Shown piece by piece: positions 47,937-64,000 of a stretch of DNA of 64,000 bases. Both the position numbers and the translations under genes were made by a program. How positions within the stretch are numbered: position 1 is the first letter of the stretch; every line of letters starts with the position of its first letter. The notes under the pieces are model-generated. The model was not told where the DNA came from, ran no database searches, and saw only the letters and a program-made list of their open reading frames with translations. Origin of the DNA: the human T2T-CHM13v2.0 reference genome, Homo sapiens; assembly GCF_009914755.1 (NCBI RefSeq), contig NC_060946.1; one strand, 5' to 3'.

Positions 47937-50027
47937 GGTGCTGTCTTTGCAGCCTGGGCTTCATGACCACAGCAGGGCACGTTGGCCTTGTGGGTGGGGG
48001 GTGCTTACACTTGCGCGTGTCTGTGTGTGTTCACCGTGCTTACTGAAAGGCAGGCACAGCCTCAGAAGAGAATAACGTGAGGGACGAAGATGAAAGCTCT
48101 GGCTAACTCGGCCTTGCCCTGGCGTCTCGTCAGGGAAGGGCTTTGTCAAGGAAGGCAGCCCCCTGGCCACCTAGAACTGCTGAATGCAGAGGCCCGGGGC
48201 AGAGGGAACAAACTCCAGCTTGCACAGTCCTTCTGTGCATGCACTGGCCCAGCCACACCCAGATCCTTGCTGGCCCTGCTCTGTCCTCAAGTCCCCTGCA
48301 GTGAGTGTCACATAGTAGGTACTTGTCATTTGATGGTTCGCTGACTCTTCAGCTAGACCTTTCTTGCCTTCTTTTGGTGCATACATGGTCCTGTGTCTCT
48401 GGTTTTACTTTGTTTCTTAGATAAATTTACTAGGTAAGTAACTGACACTACCATCCAATGGCAGCTCAGCAACAATGCGATGGCACCTCCTTGAGCCAAG
48501 GACGGGCTTTCCCAACCGTGTGACTCTGGGTTTGCGTTTTCCCCCCGTGGCTTCCCCCACATCACCGTTACTCTGCTTTCCCTCAAAGCTTGCCCCCGGC
48601 CTTGGCCCCTTTTTGCCCGTGTGTTCCCACTTAGGACAGGAGCTGTGCCTATTTCTTTTCTCTGCTCATTTTGTCGCTAAAGGGTTTCTGTGATCATCAT
48701 TAACGGAAATGTTATTGAAAGTTAGAGAAATGGAAAAGATAATAAAACCAACAAACCAAAATTGCCACTGTTTCCACATGCTGTATTAACTAGAGTTGTG
48801 CTTGCTTTTTCTCTCTAATTTATTCCCTCTTAATCAGTTCTTACCAGTCCTTCAGAGCTCACTAGCAGAAATGGCTCTCTCTCAGCGGCTGTTTTATCTG
48901 CAGAGTGATCTGGGCTTCAGGCAGGGCATGCGAGAGCCTCTGTGAACACGCTGGCTCCCCACTTTCACAGCATTGCCGGCATCCTTTTTTCTGGGTGATG
49001 TGTTCCCTGCTCGATGTGGTATTTGAACTACATGTGATGTCACTTGGCTTAAAATAACCAAATTAGATATGATTTGGTGAAAATTAGGAATTTTATTTAC
49101 TATCCATAGTAATGTAAATCTTCAGTTTAATAGGAAACCTTTCACTGTTCCTTCAGGTGATTTGTTTCTGTTGAATGGTGATTTTTAGTCTGTAATATTA
49201 AAAGCAAATGCTAAAAGAGAGTTTGTAAGTCTTTGGTATGGTTTTAAAGGAGCCGCCTTAAAAACTTATCTGTTGCATGTTTGTCTTTTTTTTCTTATAA
49301 TTTCTTTTGTAGATGAGGATATTGGATACAGACTTGAGCAATTGTGCGACTGTGGTATTTTCTCTATGTGAGGGATAGGAGAAGGAGAGTAGGGCGAGTA
49401 TGGCAGGATCCCCAGGGACTCATTGCTCCTCGCCCTGTACAACATTTTCTACTTGTAACTTAGCTCCTATTATGGTTTCCTCTAAGAGAGTATGAGTTTG
49501 TGTCCATCTGCCCATTAGACTGTGATCCTCTCTTGGGCCGTGGCTGGAGTCACTCATCCTCCTGTTCCAGTGACTGGCACATGCATGGCACATTCTCAGG
49601 AAATGCTGGCAGAGTTAATTGAGCCACCAGCGGTCAGTCTCCTTCTCTCCTACCCTGTGTTCTTCAGCGGTGAGTGGGGCATCACTGGTTTTCCAGTTGA
49701 CACAGGGTGCCTTGTATCTGGGGCCTTCCGTGAAGATGTGTTTTTGCTGTAGGTAACAGAAAAGCAGACGCAAGGACTTTTGAACAAATTCAAAAGTTAA
49801 GTTTCTCAGCAAGATGCCTGGAGGCAGGTAGCTGTTGGCACTGGTTCACTGGCTCAGTGATGTCCTCAGGATCTAAGCTCCAAGTCACTTGACCTCTTCC
49901 TCACAGCTCTAAAGGGGCTGTCACCATCATGGGGTGATGGAAGGAGCAGTCACCAGGGCAGGCGTCTTCTTACTGGGAGAGTAGGGCTGCCTTCAGAGCC
50001 AGGCCACATGGCCACTCCTGGTGGTAG

Positions 50028-50549
<522 letters not shown>

Positions 50550-50880
50550 TCCAACCCTCTTATCACATTTACCCCATGGCTCAGTGCCGAGCGCTGTGTG
50601 GAAAACGTAGTATAGAGACCCAGATGTTTGATTGCATTGAACTGTCTACAGAGTGCTGGGTGTAGAGGGACTCAGTAAATGAACTTTGAATTCTCATAGT
50701 CAGTGACATGGCATTTAGAATGAACCCTCCTCTGTTCTGATTTTTTTTTTTTTTTTTTTGCCCGGAAATGGAGCTGAGACTCAAAGGGCCACAAACCATA
50801 CCATTACTCAAGTGCATAGTACTGAAAGCTGCCGAGAAAATAATGTTTTTGTTTTAAGATGGTTTAAATTCCTTGGAGTC

Positions 50881-50997
50881 TATTATTTAAAAAATATTTA
50901 AAAATTATTAAAAATTTTTAAATTTAAATTAAATTTTAAATTAAATTAAATATTAAAAATATTTAAAAATTATTTAGAAAATATTATTTAAAAAAAG
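50881..50997. repeat. AT-only low-complexity tract (one G)
   Basis: Direct reading. Confidence 0.9.
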
Positions 50998-51647
50998 TAT
51001 GGCCACAGACCATTAGAACTGACATGTAAGACTGAGCTGAAAAGAAAATCAAGCTAAAAAAGGATATAAAATGTGTTAACTTAGAAAAATGTGATAATGT
51101 ACCTTTGACTTTCTAGGGGCTCTGGGTATGATGGTGAGTTGTCACCCAAGCCTGAGGACAGAGTGATGGGAGCCTGAGGGGGCGGAGGTGAGTGTCTGTG
51201 GCTGGTGGGTCCCACCCAGGGTCTGGAGTGGGTAGAATAGTGCTGATCTTCGGCCAGTCAGACCTGAGTAGCTACAATTATGGAATTGGGTTTGCTGATA
51301 TGAGGAGGGGAAGTTCAACCTCTTCACAGGGCTGGCCGAGCAAATGTGTGCAGAGCCAATAGGGCTTTGCTCCTCCCCAGGCATGGCCTGGATACTCTAG
51401 TATTATGGGATATTTTATAAGAGGATTGGCAGGTTCTGTGACCGCAGATTCTTCCTGCTCAACCGCAGATTCTACAGGTGCATCCTGTAGACACTTTACA
51501 GGCGAAGTTACAGGGAAGAGGATTTCTTTAAGAAGGAAAGTTGGAAGACAGTGGTGAGCAATTAGAATTCACCACCAGCGTGGAACGATGGAGGATCAAC
51601 AGCAGCAGGATTGTTCTCCTTCTTTAGAATTCAGGGCTTCAGGGATT

Positions 51648-51760
51648 AGTGTTGATTGTGATGGTGATTGTGGGGGTGATGGTGATGGTGATGATGGTGG
51701 TGATGATAGTAGTGATGGCGATGATAACTGTGATGATGGTGGTGGGAATGATAGTGATAC
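51648..51760. repeat. Degenerate (GAT/GGT)n trinucleotide repeat
   Basis: Direct reading. Confidence 0.9.
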
Positions 51761-52239
51761 CAACTCTCCTGCTTGTCGGTGTTGTGGACCCTGTCAGCCC
51801 GTGCTGAGGACTTCTGTCCTGTCTGCTCTGAGGCCCCAGTGCTGCTTTGCTTGGAGCTGTTTGGGAGGCACAGTGGGTTTGATGTTAGAAGGAAGAAGCA
51901 CATGCATGCGTCTGTGTGACAAAGCCATTTGCTTGACGACACGCTGGCACTACTTGGCACTGTACCTCTGCAGCGGCAGTGACCAGTGTTTATCCAGCCT
52001 TCCCCACAGGCTAGCTCATTTGTTTGGCATTTACTCCATATGATGAGTAGGGCGGCAGGATTCCTGTGATTCCCATTTTGCAGATCAAGAAACTGAGGCT
52101 TAGAAATGGAGGAGGACCTAAGGTCAGATGCCAGCCAGTAGCAACAATCACTTGATTTAATCCAGGCTTCTTTGCATTGCACACTGCTTTGCTTACTTTA
52201 ATAGGACATGAAGAGTTCGGTTTTAGAAATTTTATACAG

Positions 52240-52880
<641 letters not shown>

Positions 52881-53020
52881 TTACACCTTAAATCAGTTGC
52901 CAAGAATAAAGCAAATCCTTGGTTTTGCATAGAGAGGTGAAGGATATCACCTTTATCCTGATGTTATTGTGTGTGGTGAAATGTAGTCAGGTAAGGCTTT
53001 GACTTTGGTGTTTAGCCAGC

Positions 53021-53312
53021 TTTTTTTTTTTGGGAGACAGTCTTGTTCGGTTGCCCAGGCCAGAGTGCAGTGGCGCGATGTTGGCTTACTGCAAGCTCCG
53101 CCTCCTGAGTTCACGCCATTCTCTTGCCTCAGCCTCCCGAGTAGCTGGGACTACAGGCACCTGCCACCATGCCTGGCTAATTTTTTGTATTGTTAGTAGA
53201 GACGGGGTTTCACCGTGTTAGCCAGGATGGTCTCAATCTCCTGACCTCGTGATCCACCCTCCTCGGCCTTCCAAAGTGCTGGGATTACAGGCGTGAGCCA
53301 CCGTGCCCGGCC
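53021..53312 (-). mobile_element. AluY-like SINE
   Basis: Full dimer, TSD gccagctttt. Confidence 0.93.
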
Positions 53313-53467
53313 TTCGCCAGCTTTTGAGGTATTCATATAAACTATTGGAGGCTTTCTCTTGAAATCCCAGACTATGTTCAAATTGGTCCTAAAGAGAAGA
53401 AGTTCAAGTTTGCTTAAAATCCTAATGTAGATTATCTTAGGGTAAGAGAATCTAAAGAATAGGTTAG

Positions 53468-53893
53468 TGTATTAATTTGCCTGGGCTGCCATAAGAAAAT
53501 ACCACAGACTGGGTGGTTTATGCAGTAGACATTGATTTCTCCCAGTTCCAGAGGCTGGAAGTCCAGGACCGGGGTGCTGGCTGATCCAGTTTCCGGGAAG
53601 GGCTCTCCTCCCGGCTTGCAGATGCCACATTTTTGCTGAGTTGTCACATGGCATTTCTTCTGTGCATGTGTGGGGAGAGAGATCCAGAGAGAGAGAGGGA
53701 GGTGGAGAGCGAGCGTGCACAGGAGCTCTCTGGGTCTCTCCCCATAAGGACACTTATCCTGTGGCTCAGGGCCCCACCCTCATGACTTAATTCAACTTCA
53801 GTTACCTCGTTATAGTCCCTGTCTCTAGACACAGTCACGCTCTGGGAGAGGCCTTCAACATACGAATTTGAGGATACAGTTCAGTCTCGAATA
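53468..53893 (-). mobile_element. MLT1A-like MaLR solo LTR
   Basis: 'gggctgccataagaaaataccacagactgggtgg...'; 5 bp TSD gttag. Confidence 0.88.
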
Positions 53894-55739
53894 GTTAGCA
53901 TATCTTTTTCAACTCATCTTTTAACCCAAGGTAAACCCATGGATTTGTTTTAGGTTCTAGAAGTAAGAATAACCACATCCCCTGCCACCCTGACCCTTAG
54001 CATCTCGGGGGTCAGGGCAGTATGGGAAACAGGACCATGGGCTTTGGGGTGGCGCATGTCAGGTCCTGTCCGGGCTTCGACATTTACTAACACAGTGACC
54101 TGGGCAGTGTCTTCATCTGTAGAATGGGGTAATGTCAGAGGCCTCCATAGTGTTTGGGAGGCGTGATGAGGCCATCTGCGGAGTGGTTAGCAGGGAGCCC
54201 TGCCCGGCTGCTGTGTTCTTACCGTCGTTTTCCTGTGTGTCCTCCCCACCCAGATTTTCCACTGAGGCCATGAAACTATATAGATGGCATTTGTTGTCCT
54301 TTTATTCAGGTTAATATTACATCATCCTCCTCTCCCATGCTGCTATAATCTTCATAACCATCATTTTTAATGGCTGTATAATGTTTTGAAAATGATCTTT
54401 ACTTAAAATTCTTATTAAAATTGCATATCTAAGTCAAAATTTCATTTATATGCTTGATCAAAATGTAGACTTGTTTGAGAGTATTCAAAATGTGTCACAT
54501 CAGCTCACGCATACAGAAGTGATGTTCCTGGGTGTTCTGGAGGAGGGAGGAATGCTCTGGGGCTCACCACTTGCAGTTTAGGAACTGGTAACATTGATTT
54601 CTACTCTATTTACCAGCGTTTCTAATTGGAAAAGCTGCATTATACGAAGTTAAAACATTTACAGTGGTTCCTCAGGGCTTGCAGCCTGACAAATAAATCT
54701 CCTTCGCTCCCGACCCTTCTATTTCTGTCTCCTTTCAGAAGTGTTCCACACATATTCGAGTAGATTTATATAGACGTGTGTTAATATATTTCTTACTCCA
54801 CCCCATTCTTTTAAAAATACAAATGAAAACGTAATAGTGTTACGTGCCCCTTTTCTCACTCAAAAAAAAAAAAGTATATATTTATGGAGAGCATGAGAAC
54901 AGGTAAGATTTAGTATATAGGTATAATCATCTTTTATTTTATTATGAGGGTCAAAATGGCATAAAATCATCAAATTTTTAAGTAAAAATTCTGTTTTAAA
55001 AACTTGAGGTGCAATTCAAATAACAGACAATAAACTGTTTTGTGGTGGACAGTTCAGCGGCTTTTGGTACATTCACACTGCTGCACAACCCCTACCTCAG
55101 GTATTCCTCATGCAAAAGAATAGGCAGATATTTAAGCTTTGGGAGGAGTTTTTTTTAAAACAATAATTACATAATTGGCGAGTTCTTATTCTTAGAATCA
55201 AATGAAGAGGTAGCTCTGCTTTCGACCCTTCTAGACGCCCCATGGTGATACACTCTTCCATTAAGGAACTCAGATTCCTCCTGGGAGATAGGAGACACCA
55301 AATCCGTCCTTTTGTCCTCATGTGAGTTCTCTGGGGGCAGCTGGGCTGCTGAGAGTCTGTACCCTTACATGCAGGATGATTGAAGAGGCTGGGCTTACTT
55401 TGGGGAGCATGGCTGGCATAGGCCAGGCTGTGTGTCAGAGTCCATCATGCGGCTGTCATCCAGGACAGCCTAATTACCAAGTACCCTGGGTGCAGGGCAG
55501 CAGACTGGCCTCAGATTCCTGTGGGCAGGGGACAGTGGGCATCGGATATTTGATGAGCTTGTTTCGGCCAGATTCAGGCAGTGGATGGTGACTGGGCCAT
55601 GTGGACAGGCTTTGGTGCCTGTCCGTGGCCTGGTCAGGAAGACCCATTGCATGGAGTGGTAAGGAGCTGTCAGGGACAGATTCTGGGGTGGGGTGGAACC
55701 AGAAGAGAGACACAGGTGACAAGAAAGCAAGGTTCCCAT

Positions 55740-56520
55740 CTCTTCATTCATCCGTCAGACACGAGTAGGTGCCTGCTGTGCCAGGCCCTGTGCTGGACGG
55801 TGATGAGCACTTGAGTTGTGTGGCTTCTGAAGGCTGGCATTTGTGGGTGCATCTTGTCTCATGGGTGTGATTTCCATAGTGGGAGATGGGGCAAGCCTCT
55901 CTTAGGGAGGGACTCACTTAAGCGGAGAGTTGAGCGGAGGAGGCAGAGTGGAGTCTGAGTGGCGAGGGTGGCAGCAGCAGCAACAGTCACAAGCAACGGT
56001 CACAACGGTGTATCGAGCTGCGTGCTGAGCGCGTTGTGTGCAGTGCCCCTGCGATTCCTAGAGACTTACAGAGGCTCAGTGTCTGGCTCAGGGTCGCCCA
56101 GCTAGTGGAGCCAGCACTCGAGGCCAGGTGTGTCAGAGAGAGCCAGCATCCAGTCTGTCGCCCTGCAGGACTGATAGTTTCAGAAGAAGGCAGTGGTAGG
56201 AAAAGCCAAAAATGCAGCTGGGGTCTGTTCTTGGAAGGTCTGGCCCGCCAGGTGAAGGCATTCGATTTGAGGCAGCTGTGGTGCCATGAGAAAGCCACTG
56301 GAGATGGAGAGGAGGTGCTGAGATCCCGTGCTCAGATCCTGCCTCTGCCACCCTCAGACCGTCCAGCTACTTAATCCCGCCGTAGCCTCAGTTTCCCTAC
56401 CAGTAAAATCAAGGAATTGGTCCAGGTGGTTGCCAAGGTCTGGAAATCTTTGTTCTGTGTGTAGTTGGGAGTCCCAGAAGGTTTTGGGCAGGGATTGGAA
56501 TGATCAGAGCTGTGCTTTGG
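55740..56520 (-). mobile_element. LINE-2 fragments (mixed with MIR)
   Basis: 'ttcattcatc...gtgccaggccctgtgctgg', 'gagaaagccactggag'; boundaries approximate. Confidence 0.55.
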
Positions 56521-59058
56521 GGAGGTTAATCGGGCTTCTGGTGCTTTGTGATTATCCTGCTGTAGGGCTGGAAGTGACGTGGGGGTGACACTTTGAAATT
56601 CAGCAGCAGGTGAATTAGCTGTGCTCTGAGCTGTGGCTGTTTGGAACTCCCTCATGCCGTTTCTGGGTCTGGTGGCAGCTTCTGCTCCCCTGCCGCTGCC
56701 TCCTCCTGCCTGCTCGTTCCCTGGCACCAGCGCTGGCTTCTCTGCACCCCCTGTGGGCACAGCAGGCACAAGGATAATGAGGCTGTTTGGGTGGGCTTGT
56801 GGTGCTGAGGAGACACGGAGCACCCATGAATCATGGGGATCACAGTGGCCCAGATGTGAGGCTGGCATTTGAAGTTTGCAGGCTCTGGGGCTCCCACGGG
56901 TTGGTCACACTGTGGGCTGCCTGGCCTCACAGCCTCGTCAGCCACTCTTCCCACCCCTTTGGGGACACTGCCCACCCCTGTGGGGACTGCCGCCTTTCTG
57001 CTGGCTGTGTGTGGCTTTGGTTTAGCTCGATGGGGGTTTTGAAATGGGTTTTCCGTGAAGTTGATTGAGGAATTGGCAGAAGGCTCACTGTGTTTAGCGA
57101 AAATGGATTTTAGTTGAAGATGCAGCCAGGTAACTCAAACTTTGGGATGGCTTTACTGACCCTTGTTTTATTATCATACTTGTCAAATGTAGGGACTGCT
57201 ATTCAGTTGACAAGAAAACGTTTCCTAATCCTCGTAAGCTTAAATTTGCTTGTTTCGACTTAATGTTAGCATTTATCTTTTTTGCTTTGGTTCTTTCAAG
57301 CCATTTGATGCTTCTTTTGACTCTTTCCATGCTGCAGTTGATCTTTGTGGCGTGTACGGTCTCTTTCCTGTTATTGATAGAGTCTGTCGTGTCCGGAGCT
57401 GTCCGTGAGGTGATTTATGCGGCCGCTGCTGCCCCTTGGTCCGCTCTTTGTCTCCCAGGCGGCTCCGCAGGTCTTTCTGTATGCAGGCCACTGCATTTCA
57501 TTTGCTTCTTCCTTTACTTTAATGACCTTCTAGATCAGACCATTAAATACTTCACTAAAGTACACTCTTTTCTTCCATTTATTCATGGTTATTTCCTCAA
57601 TAAAGTGTATATTGAATTCGTAAGACACAGATTTCCTTGTGTGTGCCTGTTCCATCAGAAGTCATTGAAACTTTTCTAGGCTTGGGGCTTCTGTGCTTGG
57701 AAATTCTGTCCCTATTACCTAAGCCACATATTAAAGAATAAGATCTATTTAGCAAAGTCATTTTTTGATCCTTAGTATGCGGCATTTAATTTACAGTTAT
57801 TTTCAGTGAGATTTTAAATTTGCTTTGGCCAGTATGGGTGACTTCTCTGGAGAGGGAGAAATCTTATTTTTACTTTAACTTTTTATTGGCTTTTCCGTTT
57901 TCCCAGGGTAGAAGAAGAATGCTTTAATAATAGTGAAAATTATTTCTGATTATTTCATTCAATTACAATATGTAGTGAGCTCCTACCAGGCGAGGCACAG
58001 GGGACCCAAAGGCTTCTGCTCCAATGGAGAAAGAGATCTGCCGCAGATAATACGGTAGAACTAGGGAGGGTTAGGGCCCTTAAGCATATGTCAGAAGTTC
58101 CGTGGAAACACAGAGGAACGAGTAATGAATTCTGCTGGGGATTTGGCTGGGGGTGGGAGCAGGTGGGCCTTCAGGGGCCAGAATAGCTGCAGAGAAGTTA
58201 TCCTGTCTGTGCTGGGCCCCGGAGGCTGAGCCACCTCCTCAGCCCAGGACTGGGGCAGGGGTTCCATGAAGGCAGGGGCACCTGACGGACAAGAAATCAG
58301 ATCTAAAAATGCAGACAGTATTTGGGAAAGTGGCGTGGTTTGGACATCTGAATCTCTTTGTCAGACATAGGAGGCTGAGCCCTGGTGCTCCTTCCAGGAG
58401 CCTTGGTGGCGACCAGAAAGCTGTTGCTGGTTTCTGCCTTTCCGCAGCCCTTGCATAGTCAGCGCACACCCTGGCCTCTTCACCCACAGGCTGGCGTGGC
58501 AGGAGCACCAGCCTTACCTTCTTAGAGAATATTTACTTACATTCATCTTTGCTATTCTTAAATATTATTTAAAATTACAGATGGTCAGTGTTTGAAATTT
58601 AGAAACTACTGAGAGTAATAATAAGAAAAATAATAGAATCTAATGCTATGTGCCAGGTGTGGGGTGTGGAGTCCTTGATGTATATTTTCTTGATCATTTC
58701 TCACAGTAGTCCTGTGAAGTGGATGCTATTTTTATTCCTGTTTGACAGATGAGGAAACTGAGGCTTGAAGGGGTTAAGAAACATGCCTGACATTCCAAGA
58801 TTTTGACGTCACAGAGCCAGGGCTCAAACTTAGGAATGTCTGAGTCCACTGGGCACAGGCTCTCCTGCCTGCTGTGCAACCTGCCAAGACCAGTCTCAGG
58901 AAGAAAGATAAAAACCCATGTAAACTACCACCCTGGATTCCCCAGGACGTTAAAAAAGCTGATCTTCTTTGTCTTTTTGTGAGGGCTGTGTGTGTGTGTT
59001 TTCCTTTTCACGTAGACTTGAGATTAAGCAGTGTATCTAATTATATATCTTCTTATAT

Positions 59059-59371
59059 TTATTTTATTTTTAATTTTTTTTTTGAGATGGAGTCTCACTC
59101 TGTTGCCCAGGCTGGAGTGCAATGACAAGGTCCCGGCTCACTGCAACCTCCGCCTCACAGGTTCAAGCAATTCTCCTGCATCAGCTCCCGAGTAGCTGGG
59201 GTTACAGGCCGCTGCCACCACACTGGCTATTTTTTTTTTTTTTTGTATTTTTAGTAGAGACAGGGTTTCACCATGTTGGTCATGCTGGTCTCGAACCCCT
59301 GACCTCAGGTGATCCACCCACCTCACCCTCCCAAGTGGTGGGATTACAGGTGTGAGCCACCATGCCCGGCC
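59059..59371 (-). mobile_element. AluS SINE
   Basis: Full dimer. Confidence 0.92.
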
Positions 59372-61679
59372 TATTTTTACTTATTTTAAATAATGTCTTT
59401 TCCCATGACACTAACTTTCTTTGAAAACATGATTGTTCATGGCTTTATAATAGTTATCAAAATACATTCATTTCTTCCATTTGCTTGTAGGTGAAACATT
59501 TCTGAAGACATTCTATTATTTGGGTGTTTAAGTTGTTTCCAGTTTTGTTTTTGATGTTGTTTTTTATTTATTGTAATTACTAACCTGTGAGACACACCCC
59601 TGAGACATAACTCTTGAACACTTCCTTGTGTATTTCCATGGCGTGAGCCCTGGGGCGAGGACTCGGTGTTAAACAGAGCTGTGCGGCGGTCGCTTGTTCA
59701 CTCGTGTTGTCTTGCTTGTCCCTGCGGTTCCCTGCTGGCCCCATGCAGTTTGATAGCCGCTGTTGACTTAATTACTCTTTGCCCTTCGTTTCCTCTGTAT
59801 CAGTGTTTTTGAATTGAAGTGCCCCTGGGCACAGAGTCCTTTATTTGGACCTTTGGATGTTTTCTCGCTCAGAGTACGCAATCCTACTTCCCCTGTGTTT
59901 GATTTGCCAAGGTTTTTCTGCTTCAGACTTTCTAAATTCTTCAGAGGATTGGTGGGCAGTTCTAACAAGACGGTGCCCATTTCTCTTTCTAATTTATTCA
60001 CTTGTTTGCTCACTCATGAATTCAGTCATTTGCTCATTGATTTGTTCACTCATTTACTCGGAAAATGTTTCTTAAGCATCTGCCTGGTGCTGGGCACTGA
60101 CGATACAAAGATGTATTTGTGAGTGGTGCTCCCTGCCCTGTAGCAGCTCATCCATGTTGAGAGACCAGGCAAAACAGGAAAATTCCAGCTTTATGGCAAG
60201 GTGAAGGAAGGGGATGGGTGCCTGGACCTCCGTGGATGGGGCTTGTTTGGCTGGTGGGAGGATGGAAGATGGAGGGAGAGGGCCTGCGTGGAGGGGAGGC
60301 CTGCTGGTGGGTCGGGGGTGAGTGGAGATAATCGGCTGGAGCCCGTGGGGTATACCTGCGTGCGCCATGGGCAGGTAGGTCCCACTGCAGCCTTGGGGAG
60401 GGCTCTGGGGAACGAGAAGCAGATTGGATTTTACCCTGCAGGTGGTGTCATTTCCCTGCCTACAGTTCTTTAACAATCACACTCACACCCTTGGGATAGG
60501 GTCCCAAGCCTCTGGCCCTCTGGCTGCTGCGAGTGTCCTGGGAGCCTGCCCTGGACCTCCTGCTGCGGCCGGCCGCCTGCCTGCCTGCTCTTGGCGGCAG
60601 CTCCTCCTCTGCCTGCGGTGCTGTCCCTGAGCCTCCCCACTGGAAGCTGTCTGTGGCCCATGTGCCTCGTTCCCCCACACTTTGGTTTGGAGGGTATCAC
60701 AGGGGCGGGATTGGGCTTGGTGCCGGGCCTGGCTCAGGGCCATGCTTGGTAATGATTTGGTAAACTGAAGAGTAAGCTCTGCCTGGAGCTGTGTTTACTC
60801 TTTCCCTTATCTCAGCCAAAAACTGTCCTTTTCAAGAAATTTACTGCCTTTCTCTAAGCACTGAATGAAGTTATTCTTTCCAATAAGATTAGGTAAATTC
60901 TGTGGAGGACTTGAAGGAGAACCAGTCCCATCAGAAGTCAGCCCAAGAATAGTACCATCTCAACAGCAGTAGATTTTATTGGGGCACATTGTGTGTGAGG
61001 CTCTTTGCTTTAGGCAGTGGAGTGAGGTGGGGAACAGTACAGGGAAGTTAGCCACGTGGTAGATGACAGGATGAGTCATGATTCTTTTTTTTTCTTTTTT
61101 GGGCTTTTCAGAGCCTTTTGATGCTTATGCATATTATCAATCCCCATGACCAAAATAAGATAGGCCACATTTCCTAACATTTGTCTACAGAGCTGCTTAT
61201 TCACAGGCCACTTTAACATTTCACGGTCGTGGTGGTCTACAGGAAGCGGGTAGAGCTTGTGAAAACTGAAAACCTTATTCATGGGGTCATTCCCTCTGAT
61301 TGAACCTCATTCAAAGGGTCATTCCCTCTGATTCCCTAATTATCAGATCTTAACATCTGAATTCTCTCAGTGTCCTTTTCACATAGGCAAAATGCTGATG
61401 TTCGAACATTAAAGACTTCCAGTAAAAAGAACATCTTGTATTGCACAGCTTAGAAAATTCTTTCTAAACTCATCAAGTTGTATACATTTAAGTAGGCACA
61501 TCTTTTTGTAAGTCAATCGTATCTCAAGAGAGTGGCTTAAAATTTTTTTTTCCTTTTGGTTGTACTGGAATAGCTTTCTCTGTAACTTCTACCCATTGGC
61601 TGTAATAAGTGGGGCTGTATTGGATGAGTCCAATTCCCTATTCACATTGCTGTAAGTATATGAGGATACTAGGTTGTCC

Positions 61680-64000
<2,321 letters not shown>

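Noticed and set aside
51588-52182. Poly-His and Asp/Gly-rich ORFs
   Set aside because: Translations of the (GAT/GGT)n repeat and MIR; no splice or promoter support

Overview
Human (primate) genomic DNA containing the 5' part of TBC1D22A (Rab-GAP family, 22q13.31) on the + strand. It has a CpG-island, ETS-rich TATA-less promoter (~6240-7030) and coding exons 1-4 (6758-6819, 36916-36972, 37897-38237, 41838-42014), which splice GT-AG in frame to give residues 1-212 (MASDGARKQFWKRS...LAGPNTDL). The window ends inside intron 4, before most of the TBC domain. The rest is repeat-rich intron and upstream DNA: about 30 Alus/FLAMs, MaLR and ERVL LTRs, a near-complete Tigger3b, MER33, L1/L2/MIR fragments, the 3' part of an L1PA8-like element, and a ~1 kb strictly purine/pyrimidine-alternating minisatellite. 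Nearly all supplied ORFs are spurious. I found no convincing novel multi-gene system. The best second-look items are an overlapping upstream ORF, candidate poison exons, a candidate internal promoter, a possible recursive splice site, a triple nuclear-receptor half-site array, a strong CTCF motif and several rearrangement scars. Gene and repeat-subfamily names come from memory, not from database searches.
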